Shown here piece by piece: positions 17,212 to 32,045 of a stretch of DNA of 64,000 bases. Made by a program: the position numbers and the translations under genes. Origin of the DNA: the human T2T-CHM13v2.0 reference genome, Homo sapiens. Location: NCBI RefSeq assembly GCF_009914755.1, contig NC_060927.1. The stretch is one strand, 5' to 3'. Numbering within the stretch: the first letter of the stretch is position 1; every line of letters starts with the position of its first letter. The notes under the pieces were generated by a model, which had not been told where the DNA came from, did no database searches, and saw nothing but the letters and a program-made list of their open reading frames with translations.

Positions 17212-18678
17212 TTAGAAGAGATTCTGTGTGTATGATGTTTTCAGACATCAGCTGATACAGATAAGGAAGGATAATGACTATCTGAACTTATTTTTTTTTG
17301 GCCTGCATTCCATTCACCATTGGTCAGTACATTGCCTGTCAAATATCTACATGTCACCGTCAAAGTTATCACATCATTTTTAAAGTACATTAATTTCTCT
17401 GGTAATGCATTTAGTTAGGTAATTACTTCACGTCTCAGTTTAAAATTTGTCATGCAATATTATGGATGAATCCAAAATTACAGAAACATCACCCAGAGTT
17501 GTATTCCTTTAAACAAAGTACAAAATAAGACATTGTTGCTGAGAAGCTTGTAAAAAGTGTTAGCAGTAATAACAAATATAATCAGGGGGAACAAATGCTA
17601 TTGGAAAAGTATTGTTGATAAATTACATAATTCAGTGACAATGTGGAAGAACAATTCCTATGATTTGCCTTCTAGATGGTATTATTCAGACAAAACCACT
17701 GCTGTACAGTGTATGAATCATATGATGTGTGTTACATATATCAGTGAGAAGTCCGTAAAAACTTACTCTGTTTATCCCTGGAAACCTTTGAATATAGACA
17801 ATGAGGCTATGCTGGGAAGTAAGTTTTGATGTGGACTAGAAAGGGTGAATCATGACTTAATGCTGGAGCACCAGCTATTTGAGCAGTAGCGAAGGTGATT
17901 GTAAATGAAAGGACTATACAAGAAAGCCAATCAACACATCCCTTTCTTAAAACACAGCAGTTAATTATCAACCGTAAACCATTCTAATGGTGATTTAGTG
18001 TTGAAGGGGCTAGAAAACACAAATTTTGATCTCTTGAGTCCAGTTTTATAATGCCATATGAAAAACTGGACAGGAAGTTACAAAACTTCTTCCTACAATA
18101 CTGCCTATATAGAGGAAAAGTATTCACGTGAAATTTTTGAGATAAGGACATAAATTTAAAACATTTCCTTGAGATGGTGTTAATGTTAGTAAAGGGCTTT
18201 TCCTTGATTGTAGATACCTTGCGCAAGTGGCCTATCAGCTAATCCAGTGTCTTGAAGAGCCATCACTCCAAGTCTTACGTGAATTTTAGTGGCAAAGAGA
18301 TCTGATTATTTTAAGATTACACAACTCTCGTGCAAAGGCTCAGTCTTATAGAGCTTCATTTTTTCCCCCATCGTCTCATTATTTTTGCTTACCACAGAAA
18401 CATAAGGTATGTGGGGGCTTATTTAAAACTGTATCTAAATACAGCATAAAAACAATATAATAACATGAAAGAATGCTTCCCTGAGTTGAATGCAAAGGAC
18501 AGATTGGGAACCCATTTAACATCATCTACAGGTAGATTTTTTGGTGACCTGAGTGAAAAGTTTATTTTGAGAGAAAGTATGTAACCAAAAAAAAAAAAAA
18601 AGGTACATGTGGATCAGTGAAAACAAGAATGTAAACCACATGTTTATTCTTAGAATAGCAGAAGAGTGGCAAGCTTCC

Positions 18679-19010
<332 letters not shown>

Positions 19011-19246
19011 TGCAAACTTCCTTTCTTTATGAATATATTACTGTAATATAGAACAACATTGTAGGAAAAGTAAAGCTGCTCGTTTACCATTTTTATAAAG
19101 GTTCAAGCAAGTTGTACACTAAAAGCTTAATGCTGACCTGACTTTATATTTTATATGACTTCTTTAAAAAACAAACAAACAATAATCACCTTTTTACACA
19201 AGCAATTGAACTGGAATTGTGTACTTCTGCTTTTTAGAAACCATTC

Positions 19247-19577
<331 letters not shown>

Positions 19578-20230
19578 TCATCACTACTGTGCTATGGCAA
19601 TTTAGTCAGTGATCACTGTCTCCTTTTACTTTCCACCCAAACAAGAATCCGTTTGAAACATTTTCAGTACTGGAATAAAAAAAATTTTTTTAAATATTTT
19701 ATTTTGTTTACTTTCTATGAATTACAATTGCTAACATTTTTTAAATGCCATGTCATCTGTCAGTGGTCAGTCTTCTAGAAGTGTGTAAAGACATGTTTTT
19801 GCACAATATATTTTGGGAGAAGGGGAGATTTTCATCAAATAATGTTTGTATTTTTTGTATTCACTATCATAATTAGTAAATGTATAAATATGTTATATTT
19901 CTTCTATACCTAAATTGAGATGGCTTGCTGCAATGTCTTTCTTCATTTTATAGGTTAGTCTTTCTGAGGCTGACACTTTTGAAGCTCTTGGACTTGCACA
20001 TTAGGGAAAGTCCCAAGAGATGTACACAAATACCTTTAAAATAGCCTTCTGGACTCGATTGTTAGATTTCGCAGAGTAATGGTGAAGTTAAAGAGATTAA
20101 CATGTTTTTCCATTAAATGTATTTTTCTTTTTATAAGTTCATATTTAAGAGCATTCAGAGTGTTTTCAGAAAATTCTGTATAGTGCAAATTTTAATAATA
20201 ACTATGACTGTTTAAAAAATTACTATTTGT

Positions 20231-20617
<387 letters not shown>

Positions 20618-20676
20618 CTATGTGCATATATTATCTGGTCAGAACAGATACAGGTATAAACAAATAATGAAGGCAG

Positions 20677-21090
20677 TTGTTAGTGTATAATCAACCTTAC
20701 CCAATGAGAGGTCTGACCTTTGCCCCTAGCTCTAGGCTCTTGTAATGTTCTACAACATAAGAGTGTCACTCCTCAGGGCTTTGGCTGTGGGACAGTCTAA
20801 CAATGTGATTTATGATAGGTTTTGGGCTGTGCCATATCAATTTTTACCTACCTCCAGAGGAACTTGAGTTCAAAGCTATTAGCCCAACTTCTGGGAGGAA
20901 CTGTAGACTAAAGTTCAGCCACACAAACAATAAATAGGTGATCAAGCCCTAATAAAAACTCTGAACACCAAAGGCTGGGATAAGTATTGTCCCACATTGT
21001 GACTGGAAAGAGATAAAGCCATCTATGACTCCATGGGAGAGGGACTGGAAGCTCCACATTGGACCCCTGCTAGACTCTGTCCTATATTCC
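20677..21090. mobile_element. MER21-like LTR, truncated at the MLT2 insertion
   Basis: gagaggtctgacctttgccc…gtctaacaatgtgattt…aaaactctgaacaccaaaggct resembles the MER21C consensus as recalled. Confidence 0.65.
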
Positions 21091-21599
21091 TGTGATGCTT
21101 AATTTTAGGAGTCAACTTGACTGGATTCAGGGATACCCAGATAGCTGGTGAAGCATTATTTCTCGGTATGTTTGTAAGGGTGTTTCCAGAAGAGACTGGC
21201 ATTTGAATCAGTGGACTGAGTATGGAAGATCTACCCTGATGTAATGTGGGCAGGCACCATCCAATTGGCTGAGGGCCTGGATAGATCAAAAAGGCAGAAG
21301 AAAGGCAATTTGCTCACTTTGTCTCATCTGGAGTTGAGACACCCAGCTTCTCTTGCTCTTGGACATCAGAACTCCAAGTTCTCCAGCCTTTTGGCATCAG
21401 GATGTGCACTAGTGCCCCTTGGTTCTCAGGCTTTTTGGATTTGAACCAAGCCATGCTACCAACTTCCCTCATTCTCCAGGTTGGGACTTCTCAGCCTCCA
21501 TAATCATGTAAGCTAATTCCTCTAACAAATCCTCTGCCATATTTATCTATCATTTATCTGTCCTATTGGTGGTCCTGTTTCTCTGAAGAATCCTAATAC
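21091..21599 (+). mobile_element. MLT2B-like 5' LTR of HERV-L
   Basis: tgtgatgcttaattttagg.gtcaacttgactggatt…tttctctgaagaatcctaatac. Confidence 0.85.
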
Positions 21600-21866
21600 C
21601 AGGAGTGATTCTAGAGGAACAGAACTGTAAGGATGAGCTTCCTAAATTGGTTTTGGGACTTCTGGAATTGGCTCTCTAGTGTGATTATATTTAAAAATGC
21701 TAAGGACTCTGTTTCCAATAGTACAGAGAGCACTGGTTGTCCATGGCATGAACTGTTATACAGATATCAAAATATCTGCATTAGATACTCCTAATCAACC
21801 ACTTATAAGAGGCAGGAAATCAATGACTCTGTATATAATACTTTTGAATGTTTATGAAAAACTGAG

Positions 21867-22283
21867 TGTATTAGTCTGTGTTGTGTTACTATAAAGGAAT
21901 ACCGGAGGCTGGGTAATTTATAAAGAAAAAGGATTTATTTGGCTTGCAGTTCTGGAGAGCTAGAAAGTTCAACTTTGAGCATCTGCATCTAAGGGCTTCA
22001 GGTTGCTTCCACTCAAGGCAGAAGGTGAAGAGGAGCCAGCATCTGTACCTCATATGACAAAAGAGAAAGGGGGGCAGTGCTGGGCTTTTTTTTAACCACA
22101 GCTATTTCTTGGGAACGAATAGAGTGAGAACTCACTTACCCTTTTCCACCCACAGGGAGGACATTAATCTATTCATGGGGGATCCACCCCAAGGACCCAA
22201 ACACCTCCCATTGGGATCCACTTCCAACACTGGGGGTCAAACTTCAACATGAGGTTCGGAGGAGACAAATATTTACCATAGTG
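21867..22283. mobile_element. MST (MaLR) solo LTR inserted in HERV-L-int
   Basis: tgtattagtctg…ggctgggtaatttataaagaaaa; 5-bp TSD ctgag/ctaag. Confidence 0.85.
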
Positions 22284-23881
22284 CTAAGGAATATAATGAT
22301 ATTTATTGGTTGTTCCTAATGTTACTGCACAAAGTAATGAAAGAAAAGAATGAGTTAAGGGATTCAAATTCCCAGCTCAAGCAATGCATACATGACCTCA
22401 GAGCTTCTAGATGTACCCTGTGGAAATTTTCTCTACTGGAGCCATAGGGCTAAAATTGCTAAAAATCAAACACAAGTCCTCATCATGCGATTGGCTGAAT
22501 TAAATGAAAGTTGAATCCCTAGCCTCATAGGGCATCTACTGTTAAAGTGAGGGCATTGATTGGGAAAGAATGGGATCCTGTAAGTTGACTTGAAGACATG
22601 TGGGGAGACATGATGAAGCTGGGGACATTGAGCACTTAAATTTTGATGAGTCTTTTTTGTGAGCAGAAGTTGCCTTCCCACCCCCAGAAGCAGTGGCATT
22701 CTTACCCACAGTGGTAGTGGCCTTTCTACCCTTAACCCTGCATTGTCTAAGGAAATAATAATGGCCCCCTGAGGCATTTGCCGAGAAAGACAATGCTGAT
22801 TCTCCCCATACCCACTTCTATCACCTTTTTGCTTTTAGGCTTATAACTAGACTCAAATCCCAGCAGGCTCCTAAAGGTGAGGGACAAAGTCTGACCAATG
22901 AGGAGGTATGCTACACTCCAAAAGGACTATTTGAATTTTCTAGTTCGCACAAGCAGAAATCCAGGGAACATGTGTGGGAATGAATATTAAGTGTATGGGA
23001 TAATGGTGGAAGGAACATAAAGTTTGATAAGGCCAAATTTATTAATATGGGCCCACTAAATAGTAATTCTGAATTTAATGTTGCAGCTTAGAGAGTTAGA
23101 AAGCATACAAACTGGTTGGTTGATTGGCTGAAATATTAATCAAAAGGTGGCTCACCATGAGCAAGTTGAAGATGCCTGATCTCCCTTGGCTTAATGTGGA
23201 GGAGGGAATTCAAAGTCTTAGGGAGATTGGAATGCTAGAGTGGATTGGTCACCTAAGACCTACTTACCCACACTGGGAGGGTCTGGAAAACATACCTTAC
23301 CAATACACTGAGAAATAGACTTGTGAGGGGAGTGCCAGCATCCTTGAAGAGCTCTGTGATTGTTCTTCTCTGCAGGCCAGTCTTTACAATGGGAGTCACA
23401 GCCACTCAATTAGAAAACCTAAATGCAATGGAAGTCATTGGATCCCAGATGGCAAGGGCCAAATGCTGACACTCAACTGTGAAAAGCAAGATGGGTGTGG
23501 TACTGTTACGTACAGTAGCATCAAAGTAGCAATCAGGATAACCTGATTTATGCAACCTATGAAAGTGGTTGTTTGATCATGATGTTCCTAGAAGTGATAT
23601 AGATAAGAAGCCTACTAAATTTTTACTTGATCTGTATGAGGAGAAAAATTATAGGTCAAATGAACAAACAAACATTTAACCTGAATCATAAAAACATCAT
23701 CATAACCCCTCAATCAGTTCCCAGTCTTGAGCAGATTTACAGACCCGGAACTCCTTGAATGAGGGAAAGCCAGGTCCCATTAAGGAAGGACCCTAGTACA
23801 ATACCAAAAATTTATAATTTTAATCTTTCTTTCACCCTTCCCCAAAGAGACCTATGGTCTTTTATCAAGGTAACTGTGCAT

Positions 23882-23968
23882 TGGTAAAAAGGAAATAATC
23901 AGACCTTTCAGGAACTACTGGCCAGTGTTCCAGTAGTCCCTGAAAGGTCTGATTATTTCCTTTTTCCA
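23882..23968. repeat. ~39-bp-arm inverted repeat (hairpin)
   Basis: 23882-23921 is the reverse complement of 23930-23968 with 1 mismatch and 1 indel; 8-nt loop. Confidence 0.95.
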
Positions 23969-24687
23969 TGAGACCAAAAGCATCACTGTGGCTCTCCAGT
24001 CAGAGTAGGGTCTTATGGAGGTCAGGTGATCAGTGGAGTTTTAGCTCAGGTCCAACTCACAGTGGATCCACTGGGTCCCCATCCATCCTATGTTATTTCC
24101 CTGTTGTGGAATGCATAATTGGAATAGACGTACTTAGCGACTGGCAGAATCTTCTCATTGGTTTTCTATCCTGTGGAGGGAGGGCTACTATGATGGGAGA
24201 GGCCAAATGGAAGCCATTAGAGCTGTCTCTACCTAGGAAAATAGAAAATCAAAGGCAATACTGCATTCCCAGAGGGATTGCAGAAATTGGTGTTATCATC
24301 AAGAACTTGAAGGAGGCAGGGTTGGTGATTTTCATTACATCAACATTCAATTCTCTTATTCTGTGCAGAAGACAGAGAATGACAGTGGATTATTGGAAGC
24401 TTAACCAAGTGGTGACTCCAATTGCAGCTGCTATACTAGATGTGGTTTCATTCCTTAAGCAAATTAACATAGCTCCTGGTAACTGGGAGGCAGCTTTTCA
24501 TCATGAGCAATTCTAGGCCTCCAGACAAATATTTAAGAATGTGTCAAAATTATTTCAGTCCTATGGCGTAGTGTGGAGCAAAAACTATCAATGATAAACT
24601 TCATGCCAAACCACTGCAGTATATATCTTACATGAATGCATAAGACTGAGCCCTGTCAATCGAAATCTAAATCTAAAAGTGCATTCC

Positions 24688-25150
24688 TTCCAGCACTGCT
24701 CACAATAGCAAAGACTTGGAACCAACCCAAATGCCCATCAATGATAGACTGGATAAAGAAAATGTGGCACATATACACCATGGAATACTATGCAGCCATA
24801 AAAAAGGATGACTTCATGTCCTTTGCAGGGACATGGATGAAGCTGGAAACCATCATTCTCAGCAAACTAACGCAAGAACAGAAAACCAAACACTGCATTT
24901 CTCACTCATAAGTGGGAGTTGAACAATGAGAACACATGGACACAGGGAGGGAACATCACACACCAGGGCTGGTTGGGGAGTGCAGGGCTAGAGGAGGGAT
25001 AGCATTAGGAGAAATACCTAATGTAAATGCCGGGTTCCTGGGTGCAGCAAACCACCATGGCACGTGTATACCTATGTAACAAACCTGCACATTCTGCATA
25101 TGTATCCCAGAACTTAAACTATAATTAAAAAACTTTTAAAATAAATAAAT
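24688..25150 (+). mobile_element. 5'-truncated L1PA (ORF2 C-terminus and 3' UTR)
   Basis: [29 protein letters not shown]; TSD aaaagtgcattcc at 24675 and 25151. Confidence 0.95.
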
Positions 25151-25279
25151 AAAAGTGCATTCCACTATGCCTCTTAGTAAAACTCATTGAAGAACATAAA
25201 AAGCAGATGTTGAGACATAGTTTTTGAAATGTGGCTCAATTATTTAAAATCTAGTATACTTTGACATACTACTATATAA

Positions 25280-25520
25280 ATGATAATAGCTAAGATCGAT
25301 GTAAGATAATATGTGCAAGGCTTTTGGCTTAAGTACTTTTTAGGTACTAACTCATTTACTCTTTATAACAACAGTATGAGGTAGGTACTCTTATTTTACT
25401 GATTTTATAGATAAAGAAACTCAGGCATAGAGATGTCAAGTGACATACTCAAAGTCACACAGCAGGCAAGTGGCATAGCTTTGGTTTATACCCAGGTGGC
25501 TTAGCTCTGGAATCTGTACC
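25280..25520 (-). mobile_element. MIR
   Basis: taactcattt…tatgaggtaggtact…attttatagataaagaaactcaggcatagag. Confidence 0.8.
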
Positions 25521-25522
25521 CC

Positions 25523-26400
<878 letters not shown>

Positions 26401-26413
26401 AAAGTCCCTAACC

Positions 26414-26683
26414 TAACCTCAAGTGATCCACGCGCCTCAGCCTTCCAAAGTGCTGGGATTACAGGCATGAGCCACCATCCTGGCCAACATGGTAAAACTC
26501 CATCTCTACTAAAAATACAAAGATTAGCCAGGTGTGGTGGCTCACACCGGTAATCCCAGGTAGTTCAGGAGGCTGAGAGGCAGGAGAATCGCATGAATCC
26601 AGGAGGCATAGATTGCAGTGAACTGCGATCGCACCACCTCACTCCAGCCTGGGCAACAGAGCAAGACGCCATCTCAAAAAAAA
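26414..26683 (+). mobile_element. Alu with an inverted 5' segment
   Basis: Antisense left-arm segment 26414-~26478, then sense Alu to the A tail; TSD aaaagtccctaacc at 26400 and 26684. Confidence 0.9.
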
Positions 26684-26824
26684 AAAAGTCCCTAACCATT
26701 AAAATAGTGAATATTTTACCTATTATGTTTGTAATTATACATGTATGCACACACACCACACATTTGTGTTGAAGATAGTTGAAAATTGCTTAAAAAGTGG
26801 AAAGATTTTCTCCCTGGCATATGT

Positions 26825-27040
26825 TATTTTATATATATATAAATATGTAATTTTTATATAAATATATAAAATATATTTTATATATATATAAATATGTAAT
26901 TTTTATATAAATATATAAAATATATTTTATATATATATAAATATGTAATTTTTATATAAATATATAAAATATATTTTATATATATATAATATATATTATA
27001 TATATAATATAATTTATATATATATTATATATATATATAT
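26825..27040. repeat. AT-rich minisatellite, 49-bp unit x ~3, decaying to (TA)n
   Basis: aaatatgtaattttt recurs at 26841, 26890 and 26939. Confidence 0.95.
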
Positions 27041-27899
27041 GTAAAATAGAATCTCTTCATGGCACTTGGTTGGATCTAGCTATTGTGCCATAGGGTGTTA
27101 AATTAGATTTTGTTATGCCTAAATTTATTCAAGTCAAAATAGTCTGTACCATAACGATCATCAATAACTCCCAAGGATTCAATGCAAAACACCCGTCTGT
27201 AAACAAAAAAAAAGACTTGATTTTTGACATTTTGGAAAACTTCCCCCTTTGTTTAGATAGACTGCTGTGGTAATATCCTTGAGTCAAGTTGAATGAAACT
27301 GCTACAAATTAGGATCCAGATGCAAATGTGGGCTTTATAGCCAGCTGACACAATGTACGACCTTGAAAATAAAACCAAGAACACCATGCAGGAAGGTTTA
27401 AAGCAAGTGGAAGAGTAAAGATAAAGGAATTTGGCTGGGAGCATAAAGTAGGAATCTGAATAAAGGATTTTGGTCTGCACTTAAACTGTGTGCAAGCCTC
27501 ATTTCATTTAAATGAGGTAAAAAGGCAAATAGATATGGCTATAAAGTGGGAAGCCTGAGCCGATGTTGCAGTGTTTAGCCTAAAATATTCTAGCTAGACA
27601 CCCTAAGCATATTGCTTATATTTTATAAAATGAATTTGGTACAAATTCTTAAATATCTAAATTAAATATCTCAAAGTAAAATTTTGGGGATTATTTAGAC
27701 AATCCTCTGGCTAATTTCAAGTGCTTTTATGTTGTTGATAAGAACAAAAAGCTTCCTTTTCTCTATGTCCCAAATTAAGACTGAAATTCATAAGCCCCCA
27801 AAAGCAATTTGTTGTCATTTTTCATAAGACTTACATAATATTAAAATATGCACCTATCTTCAGTAGCTATTATCCAAAAAGTATATAAATAAAGACAAA

Positions 27900-29460
27900 G
27901 TTAGAGGCAAAAGTTACTATCAAGCTGTAGTAATCCAGACAGTGTGGTAAAAATAAGGATCCACAGATGAATGGAATAGAATAAAGAACGTAGATATACA
28001 CTTGCACTTACATAGACATTTGCTTTTTAACAAAGCCAATGAGGAAAGAAAAGTCCCTTGGAATACTAAATATCCATATTTTAACAAAACCCCTTGACTC
28101 ACACCTCATACTATACAGAAAAATCAATTTTGGATCATAGACCTAAACATAAAAGCTAAAACCATAAAACCTTTAAAGGGAAATAGAATATTTTTATGAC
28201 TTGGGGATAAGCAAAGGTACCATCAGGTACAGAAAGTAAAATCATTTAAGAAAAAATTGATAAATTATATTTCTTCAAAATTAAAAGTTTCTGCTAATTA
28301 AAATGAACATTAAGAAATAAGCTAAGACTGGAAGAAATATTCACAAAGAAATATTCACAAATAAAGCTAAGACTGGAAGAAATATTCACACCTGACAAAG
28401 GACGGGTATGCAGAATACATAGAGTACTCCTACAACTCAGCAATAGAAAGTCAAATAACCTAATTAAAACTGGGCAAAGTATTTGAATAGACAATTTATA
28501 AAAAAAGTACAAATTGCCAATAAAATCATTAAAGAGTATACGATGTCAACTGTCACTATGGAAATACATATTAAAACCAGGAGACAAGACACTACCACCA
28601 GAATGACTATAATTTAGAAAGATAAACATTACCAAATGCTAGTGATGTTATAGAAAAACTGGACCTCTCATACATTTTTTGTAAGGATTGTATAATGCCA
28701 CAACTAAATGCTAAATGCTAAAACTAAAGATATCCCTACACTATGGCCCAGCATTTTCACTAATAAGCATCTACTAAAGGGAAATAAAAGCATATATTCA
28801 CAAAAAAGACATATCCAAGAATATTCATAGCAGCTTTGTTCAGAAAAGCCTCAAAAAGGAAATAGCTCACATGTTCAGTTAGAGATTGGATAAACAAACT
28901 ATGGCATATATAGTGAAATACTCCTCTATAATACAAATAAATGAATTATACATTGCATTCAACATGAAGGCTTAGTGAAAGAAGATTTAAACAAAAGGGT
29001 ACATACTTTGTGACTCCACTTATAAGAAAGCCTAGAACAAACAAAACCAATCTGCAGTGGAAAAAAAAATAACATTGGTTGCCTCTGGAGAGTTGTTGGG
29101 GTAGGAATTTACTGTGAAGGTTATGAGAACTTTCTTACAGGAAGGTCACGTTCTATATCGTGATATGGGTTTGACTGTGTACAGATGTATGTATTTGTCA
29201 AAACTCAGTGAATATACACTTAAGAGTTGTACATTGTAGTATATGTACATTTCACATAAACACACACAAATATTGAACTCTAAAGTGCTTACATAAATAA
29301 AAGAGATTTAATGGATGGGGGATGGATTGATGGATGGATATGATAAAGCAAGTATACTAAACTGTTAATAGTAGGACCTTGTGGAAGATATACAGGTACT
29401 CATTTAAAATTCTTTCAATTTTGCTTTATGTTTGAAAATTTTTATAATGTTCAAAGAAAA
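27900..29460 (+). mobile_element. Old L1M ORF2 3' region and 3' UTR
   Basis: caagctgtagtaatccagacagtgtggta…cacctcatactatacagaaaaatcaa…ttggttgcctctgg. Confidence 0.85.
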
Positions 29461-30705
29461 ATATCAAAAACAACAACAGAAATTAGTTTGTTCATGTTTC
29501 AGATAAAATGACATTTTACTGACAGAGACTGCCAGAATATTATTTTGGTTTGACATTACTAAGTAGTTTGTCTACTTATGCCAGAGTTGGAATGATTAAT
29601 TAAAATACCCTTAACATACATAATAATGTGGTTTGAAACATTTATGAAACAATAATCTCAAAACTGAGGAATATGCTAATATTCACACTGAAAACTGAGG
29701 AATATGCTAATACTCACAACTTGACATGTAATTTGAATGTCTATATGTTTTAAAAATCTAGAATTTTGAGAAATTTGGAGTTTTAATCCATATTAATCTG
29801 TATGAAGTTAACTCCCAACTATAACAAGTTTAGCATATCAATAATTAACTTCTCAACATACATACAGTACAATAAATACTATAAATATATAACAGTCTTG
29901 AATAACTAAGCAATAGGTAACATTTTCAACACTAAGTAAACTTGAATAATAAAATGTTTTAGGGGCTGCATAGAGCTATGTATATGGATAAACAGATGCC
30001 TTTTATTCTAACACAAATTTGCTCTGAGGGATAGGCTTATTTTTATTGACAAGTTATCAATTTTCTCAGGATTTTAATAAAATCTTCATTTTTACAATAT
30101 TTTTTCATTTTATTTACTTTTTATTTAAAACAAAATAGATTCCTAAGCAAATTAACACAAGATTTTTTTCCACTTTAGAGTACCTACTTTAAATTGTTTA
30201 ATTTTAATTTTATTTAAATGTGTTCATTGGATCACATTTTACTAGAAACTAATTTGTTAAGGCCCAGATAACATGTGATAATACTGCAAAACTAATTTAT
30301 TTTTCTTCATCCTCCCTTCTTACCCATTGATTTTTTTTTCTTTTAAAATTAAGAAAGAATCAGAGTACTTTATCTGTCCTCTTCTTGTTCAAAACCCAAA
30401 TGCTGCTGCGGATCATTTTGAAGGAAGGAAGCTTATAATAGCACCTTAAAGTAGAAAGCGGAAATTTGGTGACATCTTGTGGCCAAGGCTTTTCTCAGAG
30501 TGTTTCATGTCTATGTCTTAGAATTGGCTTTGTAGTAATGCAATTCCAACTGGTAAACTTACGCTTCTGAGGGTACTTGGAGACTTTCTGGAAAATTTGG
30601 CTGATCTAAAGAGTGTTAAGGCAATCAGTTTTCTGATCCTCAATGTCCTTTGCATTTTCCCCAACGAACTTGGTTTACGTGCTATACCATGTTTCCAGCC
30701 TTATT

Positions 30706-30795
30706 TCTTTTTTCTTTTCTCTTTTTTCTTTTCTTTTCTCTTCTCTTCTCTTCTCTCTTTCTTTTTTCTTTCTTTCTTTCCTTTCTTTTTTTTTC
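30706..30795. repeat. CT-rich low-complexity tract
   Basis: (TTTTC/TTCTC)n. Confidence 0.9.
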
Positions 30796-31044
30796 ACAAT
30801 TGCTGTTCTTCCATTTTACAAAATAAACACCTACTTCTCATCCCTTCTGAGTCTCACTATAGTGCATTGCCCTGTGGTATTAAAAACCTCTGGATGCTAG
30901 TCAAAGAGAATTTTCAATTATTAGTGTTTGTAAAGAGAAAGGAAATCACTATAATGATTGTTCAACAAAAGTTTTGTTAAGTCAAGTGGTTGCTAAACTA
31001 TCTTTTAAATTATTTGATTCTAACAAAATTAAAGAAAAACTATG

Positions 31045-31335
31045 CTTTGGGAGGTCAAGGTGGGAGGATATCTCGAGCCCAGGAGTTCAGGACGAGCCTA
31101 GGTAACATAGCAAGATCCCATCTCTTAAAAAAAAAAAAAAAAAAAAAAAAAGGAAAAAAAAGAAAAAAGAAAAAAATTAGCAAGGCCCGGAACACCTGAC
31201 TAGTCCCAGGTACCTGGAGAGCTGAGGTGAGAGGATGACTTGAGCCTAGAGGCCAAGGCTGCAATGAGCTGTGATTATACCACTCTACTCCAGGATGAGC
31301 AACAGAAGCTGTGTCTCAAAACAAACAAACAAACA
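31045..31335 (+). mobile_element. AluJ-like, 5'-truncated, with a long middle A tract
   Basis: Diverged Alu ending in a (AAAC)n tail. Confidence 0.9.
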
Positions 31336-32045
31336 AATTGAAATAAGTTTTCATCTGATGCTCTGCTTACTAAAAGTAAATCTTGACAATAAATTACTAT
31401 CTGATTATTTTCCTTTTGATCTAAAATTTGCATACATTAAAATGGACAAGTAAATTAGGAATGCATTTAAATTTGGATGATATTGTAATTTTGTCTCTAC
31501 TTATAACCATAATTTGGGTATAAATCATGCTTACACCCAAAACCAACAACAACAAAAAATTGGAATGGAATTGATAACAAACCCTGACTTAGTCAAGCAG
31601 TAAGAATATTAATTCATCTCAGTAAATTATGGATTTCCAGTAAAATATGTGAACTAGTTAGGTTGTTTTGATCAATTATATGACAGTAACAATTGTAATA
31701 ATTCAATCTGGAAGACATTTTTTACCACAAAATATTGTGGGGAAGTTTCTAAAACTTATGATCACATTGTTGTTGCTTAGAAATATTGTACAATGATCAA
31801 TAAGTCTTTTAAAAGCACAAAATGGTGAGGTCACTTCCAAGATGGCCAAATAGGAACAGCTCCAGTCTGTAGCTCCCGGTGAGATCAACACAGAAGATGG
31901 GTGATTTCTGCATTTCCAACTGAGGTACCTGGTTCATCTCATTGGGACTGGTTGGACAGTGGGTGCAGCCCACGGAAGGTGAGCCGAAGCAGAGCGGGGC
32001 ATCGTCTCACCTGGGAAGCGCAGAGGGTCAGGGAATTTTCCTTTC

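Larger units (their letters stand above)
21600..24487 (+). pseudogene. HERV-L internal region: degenerate gag, protease and N-terminal RT; 3' half and 3' LTR missing
   Basis: ORF 23124 (LKMPDLPWLNVEEGIQSLREIGMLEWI) is ERV-L gag-like; ORF 23968 (ECIIGIDVL…KWKPLEL…QYCIP…MTVDYWKLNQVV) is pro/RT-like; many stop codons. Confidence 0.9.

Noticed and set aside
30597-30980. Phe/Ser/Leu-rich 127-aa hydrophobic ORF
   Set aside because: An artefact of the CT-rich low-complexity tract
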